A DNA stretch of 55,361 nt from NCBI GenBank assembly GCA_902584215.1, contig CACHYW010000004.1, positions 1-55,361 on the forward strand, written 5' to 3'. Source of the DNA: an uncultured Pelagibacteraceae bacterium (GTDB lineage: Bacteria > Pseudomonadota > Alphaproteobacteria > Pelagibacterales > AG-422-B15). The notes under the pieces were generated by a model. The model saw nothing but the letters and a program-made list of their open reading frames with translations. It was not told where the DNA came from and searched no databases. Within the stretch, counting starts at the first letter, position 1. Every line of letters begins with the position of its first letter. Shown one piece after another: positions 9,845 through 19,974 of the stretch. The position numbers were made by a program, and so were the translations under genes.

Positions 9845-11146
9845 ATGGTTAGAGAAAATATCCAAGAGTATTCAGTTTCGGAAATTTCAGACTCAATCAA
9901 GGGAACACTTGAAAACAGTTTTGGCTACGTAAAAGTTAGAGGGGAAGTCTCAGGTTTAAGTAAGCCAGCATCAGGCCACATATATTTAAATCTTAAAGAT
10001 GATAAAGCCGTTATAAAAGCAATAATCTGGCGAAGTGCAGCTGCAAGAATTAGTTTCGTACCCGAAGATGGATTAGAAGTCATATGTTCAGGTAAGCTCA
10101 CAACAGGATATTCTGATCGATACCCGGGAAGATCAGATTATTCAATTATAGTTGATATACTAACTCCTGCAGGAGAGGGAGCTTTAATGGCTCTTTTAGA
10201 GCAACGTAGGAAGAAGCTTGCGGCAGAGGGTTTATTTGAGGAGCACAATAAGAAAAGTCTTCCAAAGTATCCTGAAACAATTGGAATAGTCACATCTCCA
10301 ACTGGCGCAGTTATTAAAGATATGCTTCATAGATTAAAAGAGAGGTTTCCTTGCAATGTTATTCTATGGCCCGTTCCGGTTCAGGGTCAAGATGCCGCTC
10401 AGTTAATCTCTGAAGCAGTAGATGGATTTAATAGCTTATCGAGTAAAGACGAAGTAAATATACCTGATCTTATTATCATAGCACGTGGCGGAGGTAGCAT
10501 TGAAGACCTTTGGCCTTTCAATGAAGAAATTGTAATCCGGGCTGTTTTTAAAAGTAACATTCCAATTGTATCTGCTATTGGTCATGAGACAGATACTACA
10601 CTGATTGATTTTGTTTCAGACTTAAGAGCACCAACGCCGACAGCTGCAGCAGAAATATCTTCTCCAGATAAAGTAGAACTTTTAAGGGACATTAATGAAA
10701 AAAAGAATCGTTTAAATTATGCAGTAAATTTATACCTTAATAATCTTAAAGATAATTTCATTACCATAAAAGATAAATTACCTATTTCACTGAAGCTTTT
10801 TTTAAATAATCTTATTTCATATTTTCAAAATATTTCTCAATCACTTAATTTTCGCGTTATCGGCGAGCAATTAAAGAGTAGTAAAGTAGAACTTATTTCT
10901 TTAGAGGAGTCTTTATTAAAGGCTAAAAATATTTTGGTAGAAAGACTTAAAAAAGAATTAGACAATAAAAGTATGCTTCTTGAAAGCCTCAGTTATAAAT
11001 CCGTTTTAAAAAGAGGATACTCGGTTACAAGAAGTTCAAACAAAATAATCAAATCAAAAAAAGATTTAAAAGATGAAAGTGAGTTGATCATAGAAACTAA
11101 TTTTGCTACTTTAAAAGCCAAACTTAGAGAAATTAATGACAAATAG
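9845..11146 (+). CDS. xseA: Exodeoxyribonuclease VII large subunit
   Basis: SGHIYLNLKD, ARGGGSIEDLW, GHETD and RAPTPTAAAE motifs. Confidence 0.97.
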   Translation: MVRENIQEYSVSEISDSIKGTLENSFGYVKVRGEVSGLSKPASGHIYLNLKDDKAVIKAIIWRSAAARISFVPEDGLEVICSGKLTTGYSDRYPGRSDYSIIVDILTPAGEGALMALLEQRRKKLAAEGLFEEHNKKSLPKYPETIGIVTSPTGAVIKDMLHRLKERFPCNVILWPVPVQGQDAAQLISEAVDGFNSLSSKDEVNIPDLIIIARGGGSIEDLWPFNEEIVIRAVFKSNIPIVSAIGHETDTTLIDFVSDLRAPTPTAAAEISSPDKVELLRDINEKKNRLNYAVNLYLNNLKDNFITIKDKLPISLKLFLNNLISYFQNISQSLNFRVIGEQLKSSKVELISLEESLLKAKNILVERLKKELDNKSMLLESLSYKSVLKRGYSVTRSSNKIIKSKKDLKDESELIIETNFATLKAKLREINDK

Positions 11147-11348
11147 TTTTACAACGATGGCAGAAATAAGATTGCATCATGGCCAGTTTCAAATAATAAA
11201 GTCTGGTGATTATGTAGAATGCTCAATCACAAAAGAAAAGATCTCACTAGATAATTTGAAGTATTGGAATGTTGATTTGCAGGAAATATATGCTAATCCA
11301 GAAGTTGCACTGAGGAGATATAAAGAAATAAATGAAAATAAAGATTAA
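11136..11348 (+). CDS. DUF2093-like small protein
   Basis: GDYVEC..T...I.L..LKYWNVDLQE pattern; usual xseA neighbour in alphaproteobacteria. Confidence 0.8.
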   Translation: MTNSFTTMAEIRLHHGQFQIIKSGDYVECSITKEKISLDNLKYWNVDLQEIYANPEVALRRYKEINENKD

Positions 11349-12132
11349 ATTAATAGCAATCTTTTTTTTTATTTTTCAACCAGCCATAGCAGCTGATTTA
11401 CCAAAAGAAATACCTCAAGGAAGCCTGATTGTTAGCCAGTCATTCGATGCAGATGAAATTATAGTAGATAATAATTCTATAAAAGTTAGCAAAAAAGGTC
11501 ACTTTGTATTTGCAGTCGGAAGAGACCATGTGGAGCCAATAAGTGTGACATATTTAAAAAATGGATCATTAATAAAAATTCATCAAATAAATATAATCAA
11601 ACAAGACTACGACATACAAAGGATTGATGGCTTACCAGAACAAATGGTTACGCCTCTTGACGATGAAATAATCGAGAGAATAATCTATGAAAACAATTTG
11701 ATAAAAGAGAAGAAAAAAATAAATTTAGATCTAACTTATTTTAAAGACGGTTTTATTCAACCAACAGAAGGTATTATCAGCGGCGTTTTCGGTAGTCAAA
11801 GAATATTAAATGGAAAAGCTAAAAGTCCCCATCGAGGTTTAGATATTGCAGCTGAAACTGGAACCCCAATCTATGCATGTAACGAAGGACTTGTCATACA
11901 TGCCGAGGATGATCTTTATTACACAGGTGGAACTATAATTCTTGATCATGGGCATGGGGTAAAATCAATTTATGCCCATTTATCAGATGTGAAAGTTACC
12001 GTAAATCAAACCGTATCAAAGGATGATGTTATTGGTGAAGTAGGTTCTACAGGACGATCAACTGGCCCCCACCTTCACTGGGGAGTAATGTTGTTTAATA
12101 CCTATGTAGACCCACAATTGCTTTTAGATTAA
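11332..12132 (+). CDS. M23 family metallopeptidase
   Basis: Signal peptide; HRGLDIA (HxxxD) and STGPHLHW (HxH). Confidence 0.93.
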   Translation: MKIKIKLIAIFFFIFQPAIAADLPKEIPQGSLIVSQSFDADEIIVDNNSIKVSKKGHFVFAVGRDHVEPISVTYLKNGSLIKIHQINIIKQDYDIQRIDGLPEQMVTPLDDEIIERIIYENNLIKEKKKINLDLTYFKDGFIQPTEGIISGVFGSQRILNGKAKSPHRGLDIAAETGTPIYACNEGLVIHAEDDLYYTGGTIILDHGHGVKSIYAHLSDVKVTVNQTVSKDDVIGEVGSTGRSTGPHLHWGVMLFNTYVDPQLLLD

Positions 12133-12151
12133 ATTTTTATAAAAAATAAAC

Positions 12152-13027
12152 TTATATTTTCCATCTATTGTGCAACCAAAAATATTGTTCAGGATACTTA
12201 GTGATCATTTTTTGATAGAATGAAGATATTTGAGCTGAAATTTTATAAATATTTTCATCACTACTTTCTTTATCTTTCGTATCAATACACTCAATTACCT
12301 CGAACTTAAAATTATTATCATTTGTTCGTATTGGCCAGGCCAAAAATATTTTACATTTTGCTTTTAAGGCAATTTGAGCAGGAAGTGTTGAGATATTCAT
12401 TTCCTTATTAAAAAATTTTACCTTTATTCCCGAGGACAGTTGTTGATCTGCCAAGAGGGCAATAGAGCTTCCTTTATTGAATTGATTTAATAGCTGTCTC
12501 GTTCCTGATCTGTTTTTACTATAACATTGAACGCTATATTTGCGTCTTAGTTGTTTTACGACAAAATTTATTAGAGGATTATTAGGTTCTCTTACTATCG
12601 CTGAGACCCTATTCATCTTTCTTCGAAGAGCCATTCCAGGTATTTCCCAATTTGAACTATGACCTGATACAATTACACTATGTTCATCTTCATCAAATAC
12701 ATCATCTGAAAATTCATTATTGATAACTTCAATCTTACTCTCGAGTAGGCTATTCATATGGCCATACTCTGAGATCGTATAGCCAAGGTTCGTCCAAACC
12801 CTATTAGCTGTATCATTAATCCACTTCTTATCTTTGTCATCAAATGCAATAGATAAGTTTTTTATTAAAAGACTATGTATTGGAAGAAATGGTCCAACAG
12901 AAGTAGTAATCAACATTCCAAGAGTACGCGAGATTCTTAGAGGTAGAATTTTAAAAACTGTAAAGAAGATAATAAAAATTAAAAACTCCAGTGGGTACCT
13001 TACCAGGATCTTGAATAATGATTTCAT
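12152..13027 (-). CDS. lpxL: Lipid A late acyltransferase (LpxL/HtrB family)
   Basis: GHSSNWE, LLADQ and PEQYFWLHNRWK motifs; lies in the lipid A cluster. Confidence 0.88.
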   Translation of the reverse strand: MKSLFKILVRYPLEFLIFIIFFTVFKILPLRISRTLGMLITTSVGPFLPIHSLLIKNLSIAFDDKDKKWINDTANRVWTNLGYTISEYGHMNSLLESKIEVINNEFSDDVFDEDEHSVIVSGHSSNWEIPGMALRRKMNRVSAIVREPNNPLINFVVKQLRRKYSVQCYSKNRSGTRQLLNQFNKGSSIALLADQQLSSGIKVKFFNKEMNISTLPAQIALKAKCKIFLAWPIRTNDNNFKFEVIECIDTKDKESSDENIYKISAQISSFYQKMITKYPEQYFWLHNRWKI

Positions 13028-13031
13028 TATC

Positions 13032-14006
13032 TTAATTAATTAATTTTCCTATTAATTTTTCAACATTTGGCATTTCAAGCTTAATCTTGAAACAATGAAT
13101 GTTCTTCCTATAATCTTTAGGAATGCGAACATAGTCTTTTTCTGTCGTAATAAGTGATAAATTTTCTTTCTTTGCATTATCTAATAACCTTTCTAAATCT
13201 TTTCTTGTGAACTTATGATGGTCGGGAAAACTTTTCTTTTTTATAACGTTGTATCCTTTGTTCTTTAGAGTATCAAAAAATCCATCATTATTTCCAATAC
13301 CGCTAAATGCTAAATAACTTTTCTTATCAAAAACATCTACAGCTTTAATGTTTGCCTTGTAGAATTCTAAGTTATCAAAATCATATTTTTTTGTAATATT
13401 ATGTAGGTCATCTCCAACCATGACTACAAATTGTGCTGATTTAAGAGCAGGCCTTATAAGCTCCCGCAGTGGTCCAGCAGGTAAGCACATTTTATTTCCA
13501 AAACCTCTCTTGCCATTAACAGTTAGTAAAGTTTTATCTTTATAGAATGACCGATCCTGAAATCCATCATCTAACAATATGATGTCTGTTTGCTTTTCAT
13601 TTATTATTTTCTCAATTGCTAAAGTTCTATTTGTGGTGATGTAAGTCGGGACACAATTTGCATAGAGTAGAGCTTCATCTCCAACCTTGTCAAACGTATC
13701 TGATTTTGAAACCTTATAAAAAATAGTTTTATTTTTAGAGCCATAACCTCTCAACAATACTGATACTCTCTTCTCTTTCTTTTTTATTTCCTCAATTAAT
13801 GTCAGTAATGTTGAAGTTTTTCCCGTACCTCCAATATTTATATTGCCAATACATATGATAGGGATATTGAACTTTTTATTTTTATAAAATGACGCTCTCA
13901 AGTAAAAAAGGCTTATGTATATCCATGACAATGGAATTAAAAACAATGATGCAAAATTTGCATAATATACTTCTTTATACCATATTTTCAGAAAAAATTT
14001 TTCCAT
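13032..14006 (-). CDS. lpxK: Tetraacyldisaccharide 4'-kinase
   Basis: IGNINIGGTGKT, GDEALL, LDDGFQ, PAGPLRE and TTEKD motifs. Confidence 0.96.
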   Translation of the reverse strand: MEKFFLKIWYKEVYYANFASLFLIPLSWIYISLFYLRASFYKNKKFNIPIICIGNINIGGTGKTSTLLTLIEEIKKKEKRVSVLLRGYGSKNKTIFYKVSKSDTFDKVGDEALLYANCVPTYITTNRTLAIEKIINEKQTDIILLDDGFQDRSFYKDKTLLTVNGKRGFGNKMCLPAGPLRELIRPALKSAQFVVMVGDDLHNITKKYDFDNLEFYKANIKAVDVFDKKSYLAFSGIGNNDGFFDTLKNKGYNVIKKKSFPDHHKFTRKDLERLLDNAKKENLSLITTEKDYVRIPKDYRKNIHCFKIKLEMPNVEKLIGKLIN

Positions 14007-14012
14007 AATGAA

Positions 14013-15257
14013 TCAGAGGTATTGATATATTTCTTTCAATACTTTTTTTACTGTTTCTTTACCTTCTTTTTTTAACCTGCCGATACCAACTTTTCTAACC
14101 TCATTGTCTAAAGTTTTATACTCTTCATGAATAAAATATTCTAGCTGTCTTTCATTTTTCACAATTTGTGATAATTTCATTTGATCTAAAGTCATATATA
14201 CATCAGAAAAATTTTCAACGTATTCGCCATGATATACTTTCTTTCCATGGTACGCTGCTTCAATTGGATTTTGCCCCCCATGCATCACTAAACTGCCACC
14301 AATAAAAATTATATCAGCTAACTTATAAAATAAATTTAATTCACCAATTGTATCCGCTAAATAAATATGGGTATTTCTTTTAATTTTATTTCCCATTGAT
14401 CTAATTGCAGTGTTTTTAATAATATTCTTATTGATGATGTTATTTCTTTTTGGATGTCTAGGAACAACAATTGTCAAAAGATCTTTACAAGTTTTTTTTA
14501 ATTTTAGGGTCACTCTACTAATAATTTCTTCTTCTCCAGGGTGTGTACTGGCTGCAAGAAATATTTTTCTACCGCCGGTCAAAGCTTTGAGCTCGTCATA
14601 TTTTTTAATATCAGTAGGATCAGGAGTTAGGGCAAACTTTAAATTGCCAGTATAATTAGTGTTTTTAATTCCAAGTTTTTCATAAAACAAAGTACTGTCT
14701 GGATTTTGAGTACTGCAGGAACTAAATTTAGAAAACAAATCGTTAGACGATGCATTAAACAAAGACCACCTTTTAAAACTTTTAATTGTCATTCTTCCGT
14801 TAATTATAATTTGAGGAATATTTTTGTTATCTAAGTTATAAATAAAGTTAGGCCAGATTTCAGACTCTACAAAAACCGCAAGAGATGGCCTCCAATAATT
14901 TAGAAATCTATTTATAAATACTGGTACATCGAAAGGAATGAATTGATGTACAACTTTACCTTTAATTCTTTTATTTATTACTTGTGCCGATGTTACAGTT
15001 CCAGATGTTATTAATATTTGATCAATAGATTGATCTTCTTTCAATTTATCTACTATTGGCAGTATTGATTGACATTCACCAATGCTGGCAGCATGAATCC
15101 AGATCAGTTTACCTTTATTCCGCTTATATGTATTTTTCCCATACCTTTCTTCAGTCCTTTCTTGCAACTCTTTACCTTTTCTTTTTCGTATAAAGATAAC
15201 CAAAGGAATAAAGATGAGAGCTAAATTTGAAAATATACGGTAAAGAAATAATATCAC
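14013..15257 (-). CDS. waaA: Kdo transferase (GTG start)
   Basis: WIHAASIGE, ESEIWPN, ASTHPGEE, VPRHP and GGQNPIEA motifs. Confidence 0.96.
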   Translation of the reverse strand: MILFLYRIFSNLALIFIPLVIFIRKRKGKELQERTEERYGKNTYKRNKGKLIWIHAASIGECQSILPIVDKLKEDQSIDQILITSGTVTSAQVINKRIKGKVVHQFIPFDVPVFINRFLNYWRPSLAVFVESEIWPNFIYNLDNKNIPQIIINGRMTIKSFKRWSLFNASSNDLFSKFSSCSTQNPDSTLFYEKLGIKNTNYTGNLKFALTPDPTDIKKYDELKALTGGRKIFLAASTHPGEEEIISRVTLKLKKTCKDLLTIVVPRHPKRNNIINKNIIKNTAIRSMGNKIKRNTHIYLADTIGELNLFYKLADIIFIGGSLVMHGGQNPIEAAYHGKKVYHGEYVENFSDVYMTLDQMKLSQIVKNERQLEYFIHEEYKTLDNEVRKVGIGRLKKEGKETVKKVLKEIYQYL

Positions 15258-15262
15258 TTTTT

Positions 15263-15943
15263 TTAATTATATCCTTTATTAGCTCTTTTTGTGAGATCAT
15301 TCATTAGATTCTCAAGCGTTTCTTTTGCTCGCTTAACCTTTATATTTTTTTTAGCTACTTTAATTGGTTTGCCCCAAATTACAGTTATTTCATTAAACGG
15401 CTTTGGAATAATGAACTGATCCCACGTATTTAATTTCCATTTATTTTTAAATCCAATGCCGACAGGAACAATCACTGAATTGCTCAGCTTTGCAATACTA
15501 ATTATACCGTCACTTGCTATATGTCTTGGCCCTTTAGGCCCATCTGGGGAAATGCCAATACAGATATTTTCTTGAAGCGATTTTATCATTTTTCTGGCTG
15601 ATAAAAGCCCACCCTTATTTTTGGTTTTGTTGGATTTGTGAGTTGATCCTCGGATCGCGCTAAATCCTAAATGCGAAATGACTTTAGATATTATATCTCC
15701 GTCACGATGCTTAGATATAAGAACTCTTATAGGTTTTTTATTTTGCCACGTAAGGGGACACATTAAAAGCTGGTCGTGCCAAAAAGAATAAATAAAAGAC
15801 TCATCTTTTTTAAACAGCTCGTTAATATTTTTTCGATCTTTAAATTTTATTTTTGAGGACTTGTGTACAAATAAAATATATAGAGATCCTAAGTACGATA
15901 TTATATTTTGTGCAATTACTTTACTTGCAAGATACTTTATCAT
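15263..15943 (-). CDS. DUF374 lysophospholipid acyltransferase family (LpxJ-like)
   Basis: FWHDQ, ISKHRDGD, IRGS, PDGPKGP and WDQFIIPKPF motifs. Start moved to ATG 15943 to avoid overlap with msbA. Confidence 0.85.
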   Translation of the reverse strand: MIKYLASKVIAQNIISYLGSLYILFVHKSSKIKFKDRKNINELFKKDESFIYSFWHDQLLMCPLTWQNKKPIRVLISKHRDGDIISKVISHLGFSAIRGSTHKSNKTKNKGGLLSARKMIKSLQENICIGISPDGPKGPRHIASDGIISIAKLSNSVIVPVGIGFKNKWKLNTWDQFIIPKPFNEITVIWGKPIKVAKKNIKVKRAKETLENLMNDLTKRANKGYN

Positions 15944-15947
15944 TAAA

Positions 15948-17678
15948 TTAAAATTCGCGTTCGTATAATTTCTTATAAATGCCATTCTTTAATAGCAACT
16001 CTTCATGATTGCCACTTTCAACAATTTTTCCATCATCCAGGACTATAATTTGATCTGCATTTATTATGGTACTTAGCCTATGAGCTATTACCAAAGTTGT
16101 TCTATCTTTCATCAGTTTTTTGATCGCTTCCTGAACAAGGCTTTCCGATTCGGTATCTAAACTTGAGGTTGCTTCATCCAATAATAGTATTGGTGCATTT
16201 TTTAAAAAAGCTCTTGCAATTGAGATTCTTTGTTTTTGCCCACCTGAAAGACTATATCCTTTCTCTCCAATTATCGTATCATATCCATTTGGCAGTTCAG
16301 AAATAAATGAGTCCGCAGCAGCAGATTTTGCAGCACTGATTATTTCTTCATCAGTAGAGTTGGGTCGGCTGTAAAGAATATTTTCTTTTATAGACATATC
16401 AAATAGAATTGGTTCTTGGCTAACTAAAGCAATCACTGACCTAACTGAGCAAATTGTAAGATCTTTTATATTTTGTCCATCAATTTTTAGTTTACCTGAG
16501 TCGGGATCATAGAATCTTGGTATAAGATTTAAGATTGACGATTTGCCTGATCCGCTTGGTCCTACCAAAGCAGTAGTTTTTCCGTGAGGAATATTAAGAC
16601 TAACCTCCTTTAGTGCTGAATTGGTCTGGCCCTCATAAGAGAGAGTAACCTCTTGCAAATCAATATTAGATTTACTTAGTGATAGATCTCTTGCATCTTT
16701 TTTTTCGTTAATTAGGCTTTTTTGGTCTAATAGACCAAATACTCTTATTGCCGCCGCGAAACCTTCTTGAAGAGTTGTATTTATTGATGCGAGTCTTCTG
16801 AGTGGTTGAAATGCCAACATCATTGCTCCAAGAAATGATACAAATTCGTTTAGAGGCAGTTCTCCTTGAAGGCCCCTCAAACCTGCATAGTATAATGTTC
16901 CTGCAATACCAAATCCGGCAAGAAACTCTGCAAATGGTGATGCCGCTCCGCGCGCATTTGCCCCTTTAAGGATTTTTTTAACTCTTCTCCAAACTGAGTT
17001 GCTTAACTTCTCAATCTCTTGCTCTTCTTGTTGGTAAGCTTTAACAATTCTTGTTCCATCTAAATTTTCAGACAGTATTGACGCTAGTACTCCTGTTTCC
17101 TCTTGCGTTTCCGTTGATGCTTTCTTAACTCTTTTTCCCAGACGTTTGGTCAATAATCCAACTAAGGGAAAAGCTATTATTGATATTGTTGCTAACTGCC
17201 AGTCTTGATAATACATAACACCCAAAAGACAAATGAGCGTTAGTAGATCTTTAACTCCATTTGCTAAACTACTGCTTACAGAGTCTTGTAGTAGAGTAAC
17301 ATCATAGAGAAAATTAGAAATTATTTTTGCTGAATGTATTTTATGAAGCCAAGATAAGTCAGCATTGATAATTTTTTTAAATAATTTGATTTGAGTATCT
17401 GCGATAATATTTTGTGCTACACCATTTAAAAGAACAATCTGGATGTAAGTTGCAACACTTTTAATTAGCAATGTTAGAATTATTGCAATTGGTATCAACA
17501 ACAACATTGATTCATCTTTATCAAGAAAAATTTTGTCAATTGCAGGGTCAAGCAACCAAGCAGTCGCACCCGTTGAAAGGGCTATTATTATCATAAAGAA
17601 TAATGAGCTTGCTAATCTTGCCGCGTAAGGCCTTATACTATCTCTAAACAACCTTGCTAATATCTGCGATCCAGTCAT
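15948..17678 (-). CDS. msbA: Lipid A flippase, ABC transporter
   Basis: TM domain plus GPSGSGKS, LSGGQKQR and LDEATS; heads the lipid A operon. Confidence 0.88.
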   Translation of the reverse strand: MTGSQILARLFRDSIRPYAARLASSLFFMIIIALSTGATAWLLDPAIDKIFLDKDESMLLLIPIAIILTLLIKSVATYIQIVLLNGVAQNIIADTQIKLFKKIINADLSWLHKIHSAKIISNFLYDVTLLQDSVSSSLANGVKDLLTLICLLGVMYYQDWQLATISIIAFPLVGLLTKRLGKRVKKASTETQEETGVLASILSENLDGTRIVKAYQQEEQEIEKLSNSVWRRVKKILKGANARGAASPFAEFLAGFGIAGTLYYAGLRGLQGELPLNEFVSFLGAMMLAFQPLRRLASINTTLQEGFAAAIRVFGLLDQKSLINEKKDARDLSLSKSNIDLQEVTLSYEGQTNSALKEVSLNIPHGKTTALVGPSGSGKSSILNLIPRFYDPDSGKLKIDGQNIKDLTICSVRSVIALVSQEPILFDMSIKENILYSRPNSTDEEIISAAKSAAADSFISELPNGYDTIIGEKGYSLSGGQKQRISIARAFLKNAPILLLDEATSSLDTESESLVQEAIKKLMKDRTTLVIAHRLSTIINADQIIVLDDGKIVESGNHEELLLKNGIYKKLYEREF

Positions 17679-17743
17679 GAGAAGGTATTCATAATACTAT
17701 TACAGAAAATTTAAATCTAAATATTAGTTTATGGCTAAAAAGC

Positions 17744-19075
17744 TTATTTTCCTGCTAGTGTCATATTCTCAATTAGAACTGTTGGAGCATTGGTTCTGTA
17801 CTTGAACTCAAGATCGTTAGCTGCGGATAAATTTAAAAACATTTCTGTGAGATTTGAAGCTATAGTTACTTCACTGACAGCATGAGTTATCTCGCCATTT
17901 TCAATCAACATACCACTAGCACCCATACTATAATCACCTGTAACCAAGTTAACACCCATACCAATTAGTTCAGTCGCATAAAAACCATATTTAATAGATT
18001 TGATCATATCATCATAAGACACTATTCCATTGGTCATAAAAAAATTTGATGTTGATACTCCTGGAGGTGCTCCAACAGATCGTGATGCGTTTCCAGTTGT
18101 TTTAAAGTTAAGTTTTTTTGCAGTTGAGGTATTTAAAATCCAGGTATTGAGTTTTCCATTGGATACAATTTCTTTTTTACTAACTTGAATTCCTTCTCCA
18201 TCAAATGGTTTAGAGCCCAATCCTTTTAAAATTCTAGGATCATCGATTATAGTTACGTCTTTTTTGAATATTTGTTTTCCTAAACTATCCTTTAGAAAAC
18301 TTGTTCCTCTTGCAATAGATGGACCCGATATTGCTCCAGCAAGATATCCAATTAAACCATTACTAATTCTTTTATCAAATACTACTGGAAGTTTTGTTGA
18401 TTTTATTTTTTTTGGATTTAATCGTTTTAATGTTTTGTTTGCTGCTGATGTTCCAATTTCTTTTGCTGAGCACAAATCTGAAAAATGTCTAGACACAGAG
18501 TAATCGTAATCCCTTTCCATACTTTGTCCTTTACCAGCCAGAACAGAACAAGATATAGAATTTGTTGATGATTTGTATCCTCCCTGGAATCCATTACTAG
18601 TTGCTAAGTAGAATTCGCCCTGTGAATAAGATGCTTCAGCGCCTTCTGAATTACTTATCCCAGGCACTGAAAGAGCTGCTTCTTCACACTCCTTAACAGA
18701 GTCTATTAGAACTTCAGTGTTAGTCTCTTCACTTTGATGTAATTCTAAATTACCTATTTCGCTTTCGAATAATGAACTATCGCCCAAGACAGCCGTATCG
18801 TCAACGGGTGCTAATTTTGCCATAGATATACACTTGTTTACAAGTGTTTCTATATTATCATCATCTACTTCAGATGAAGAAACAAAAGCTTGCTTCTGAT
18901 CAACCAGCGCTCTTATTCCAATAGTGCTATCATTTGACTCTTCAAGATCTTCTATATTCTGTTTTCTGCAGCTGATTGATTTCCCACTTGCCTTTGCAAG
19001 CACAACATCGCACCCAGTAGCTCCACTTTTGAGAGTCTTTTCAATAATTTTTTGAGCTGTAATTTCAAAATTCAT
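17744..19075 (-). CDS. pmbA: TldE/PmbA protein
   Basis: MERDYDY, PFDGEG, TTGNA, GVNLVTGDYS and APTVLIE motifs; no HExxxH. Confidence 0.92.
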   Translation of the reverse strand: MNFEITAQKIIEKTLKSGATGCDVVLAKASGKSISCRKQNIEDLEESNDSTIGIRALVDQKQAFVSSSEVDDDNIETLVNKCISMAKLAPVDDTAVLGDSSLFESEIGNLELHQSEETNTEVLIDSVKECEEAALSVPGISNSEGAEASYSQGEFYLATSNGFQGGYKSSTNSISCSVLAGKGQSMERDYDYSVSRHFSDLCSAKEIGTSAANKTLKRLNPKKIKSTKLPVVFDKRISNGLIGYLAGAISGPSIARGTSFLKDSLGKQIFKKDVTIIDDPRILKGLGSKPFDGEGIQVSKKEIVSNGKLNTWILNTSTAKKLNFKTTGNASRSVGAPPGVSTSNFFMTNGIVSYDDMIKSIKYGFYATELIGMGVNLVTGDYSMGASGMLIENGEITHAVSEVTIASNLTEMFLNLSAANDLEFKYRTNAPTVLIENMTLAGK

Positions 19076-19078
19076 ATA

Positions 19079-19945
19079 TCAAATCAGTGTTAGTAGTAAA
19101 GAGAACATAATTAATGCGCCAGTATACCGATTACTTTTGAAAATTTCTAGACACACTTCACTATTATAAATATCTAGTTTGAATAATTGAAATAACAAAT
19201 GAAATCCTACGAGAAGAAGAGAAGTATAATATAAATATTTAAAATCAGATAATTGGCCAAAGATTAATAGGCAGATAATCATTAACAAATAAAAAGAAGA
19301 AATCCATAATTTTGAATTATCTCCAAAAAAAATAGCTGTTGATTTTATTCCAATTCTTAAGTCATCCTCCCGGTCCTGATGGGCATATATTGTATCGTAA
19401 CCTAAAGTCCAAAAAATTCCTGCAAGATACAAGAAGAAGATAGATAAAGAAATATTCCCATTAATGGATACATATCCAATAATAACACCAATATTAAAAG
19501 TTAGACCAAGAAATAGCTGTGGCCAATATGTAATCCTTTTCATAAGAGGGTATAATATAAAAAGAAAAAATGAAATAAATCCAATCATAATTGCCGTCTT
19601 GTTTAATGAAAGCAATATTGCAAGTCCGACTAGACACAAAAGACAAAATATTGTAATTGCTTCAATTGTGCTGATGGCTCCACTTGCCAAAGGTCTTTTT
19701 GATGTTCTGCTCACATGCTTATCAAGATCTTTATCAAATATATCATTTATTACACAACCTGCAGATCTCATCACGACCGAGCCAATGGCGAATAAGATAA
19801 TGGTGAGAAGATTGTTATGTATATCTTTAAACGAGCTAAAAGCTGCAAATATTCCCCAAAAACATGGTAACATTAGTAATATAAATCCATTGGGCTGATG
19901 GAGTCTTAATAAATGAATATACTTCTGCAACTTGTATTTCCTCAA
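19079..19945 (-). CDS. ubiA: 4-hydroxybenzoate polyprenyltransferase (TTG start)
   Basis: MRSAGCVINDIFDKDLD..RT..RPLASG and YDTIYAHQDREDD motifs. Confidence 0.96.
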   Translation of the reverse strand: MRKYKLQKYIHLLRLHQPNGFILLMLPCFWGIFAAFSSFKDIHNNLLTIILFAIGSVVMRSAGCVINDIFDKDLDKHVSRTSKRPLASGAISTIEAITIFCLLCLVGLAILLSLNKTAIMIGFISFFLFILYPLMKRITYWPQLFLGLTFNIGVIIGYVSINGNISLSIFFLYLAGIFWTLGYDTIYAHQDREDDLRIGIKSTAIFFGDNSKLWISSFYLLMIICLLIFGQLSDFKYLYYTSLLLVGFHLLFQLFKLDIYNSEVCLEIFKSNRYTGALIMFSLLLTLI

Positions 19946-19974
19946 AACTAATATTATGAATTTAATATATATAA

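Noticed and set aside
13032-13045. TTAATTAATTAATT runs (also near 40503) as a repeat family
   Set aside because: Low-complexity AT sequence at stop codons, expected by chance.
15944-15985. N-terminal extension of DUF374 overlapping msbA (and the similar extension of DUF4396 to 24480)
   Set aside because: Downstream ATGs give typical tight coupling without long overlaps.
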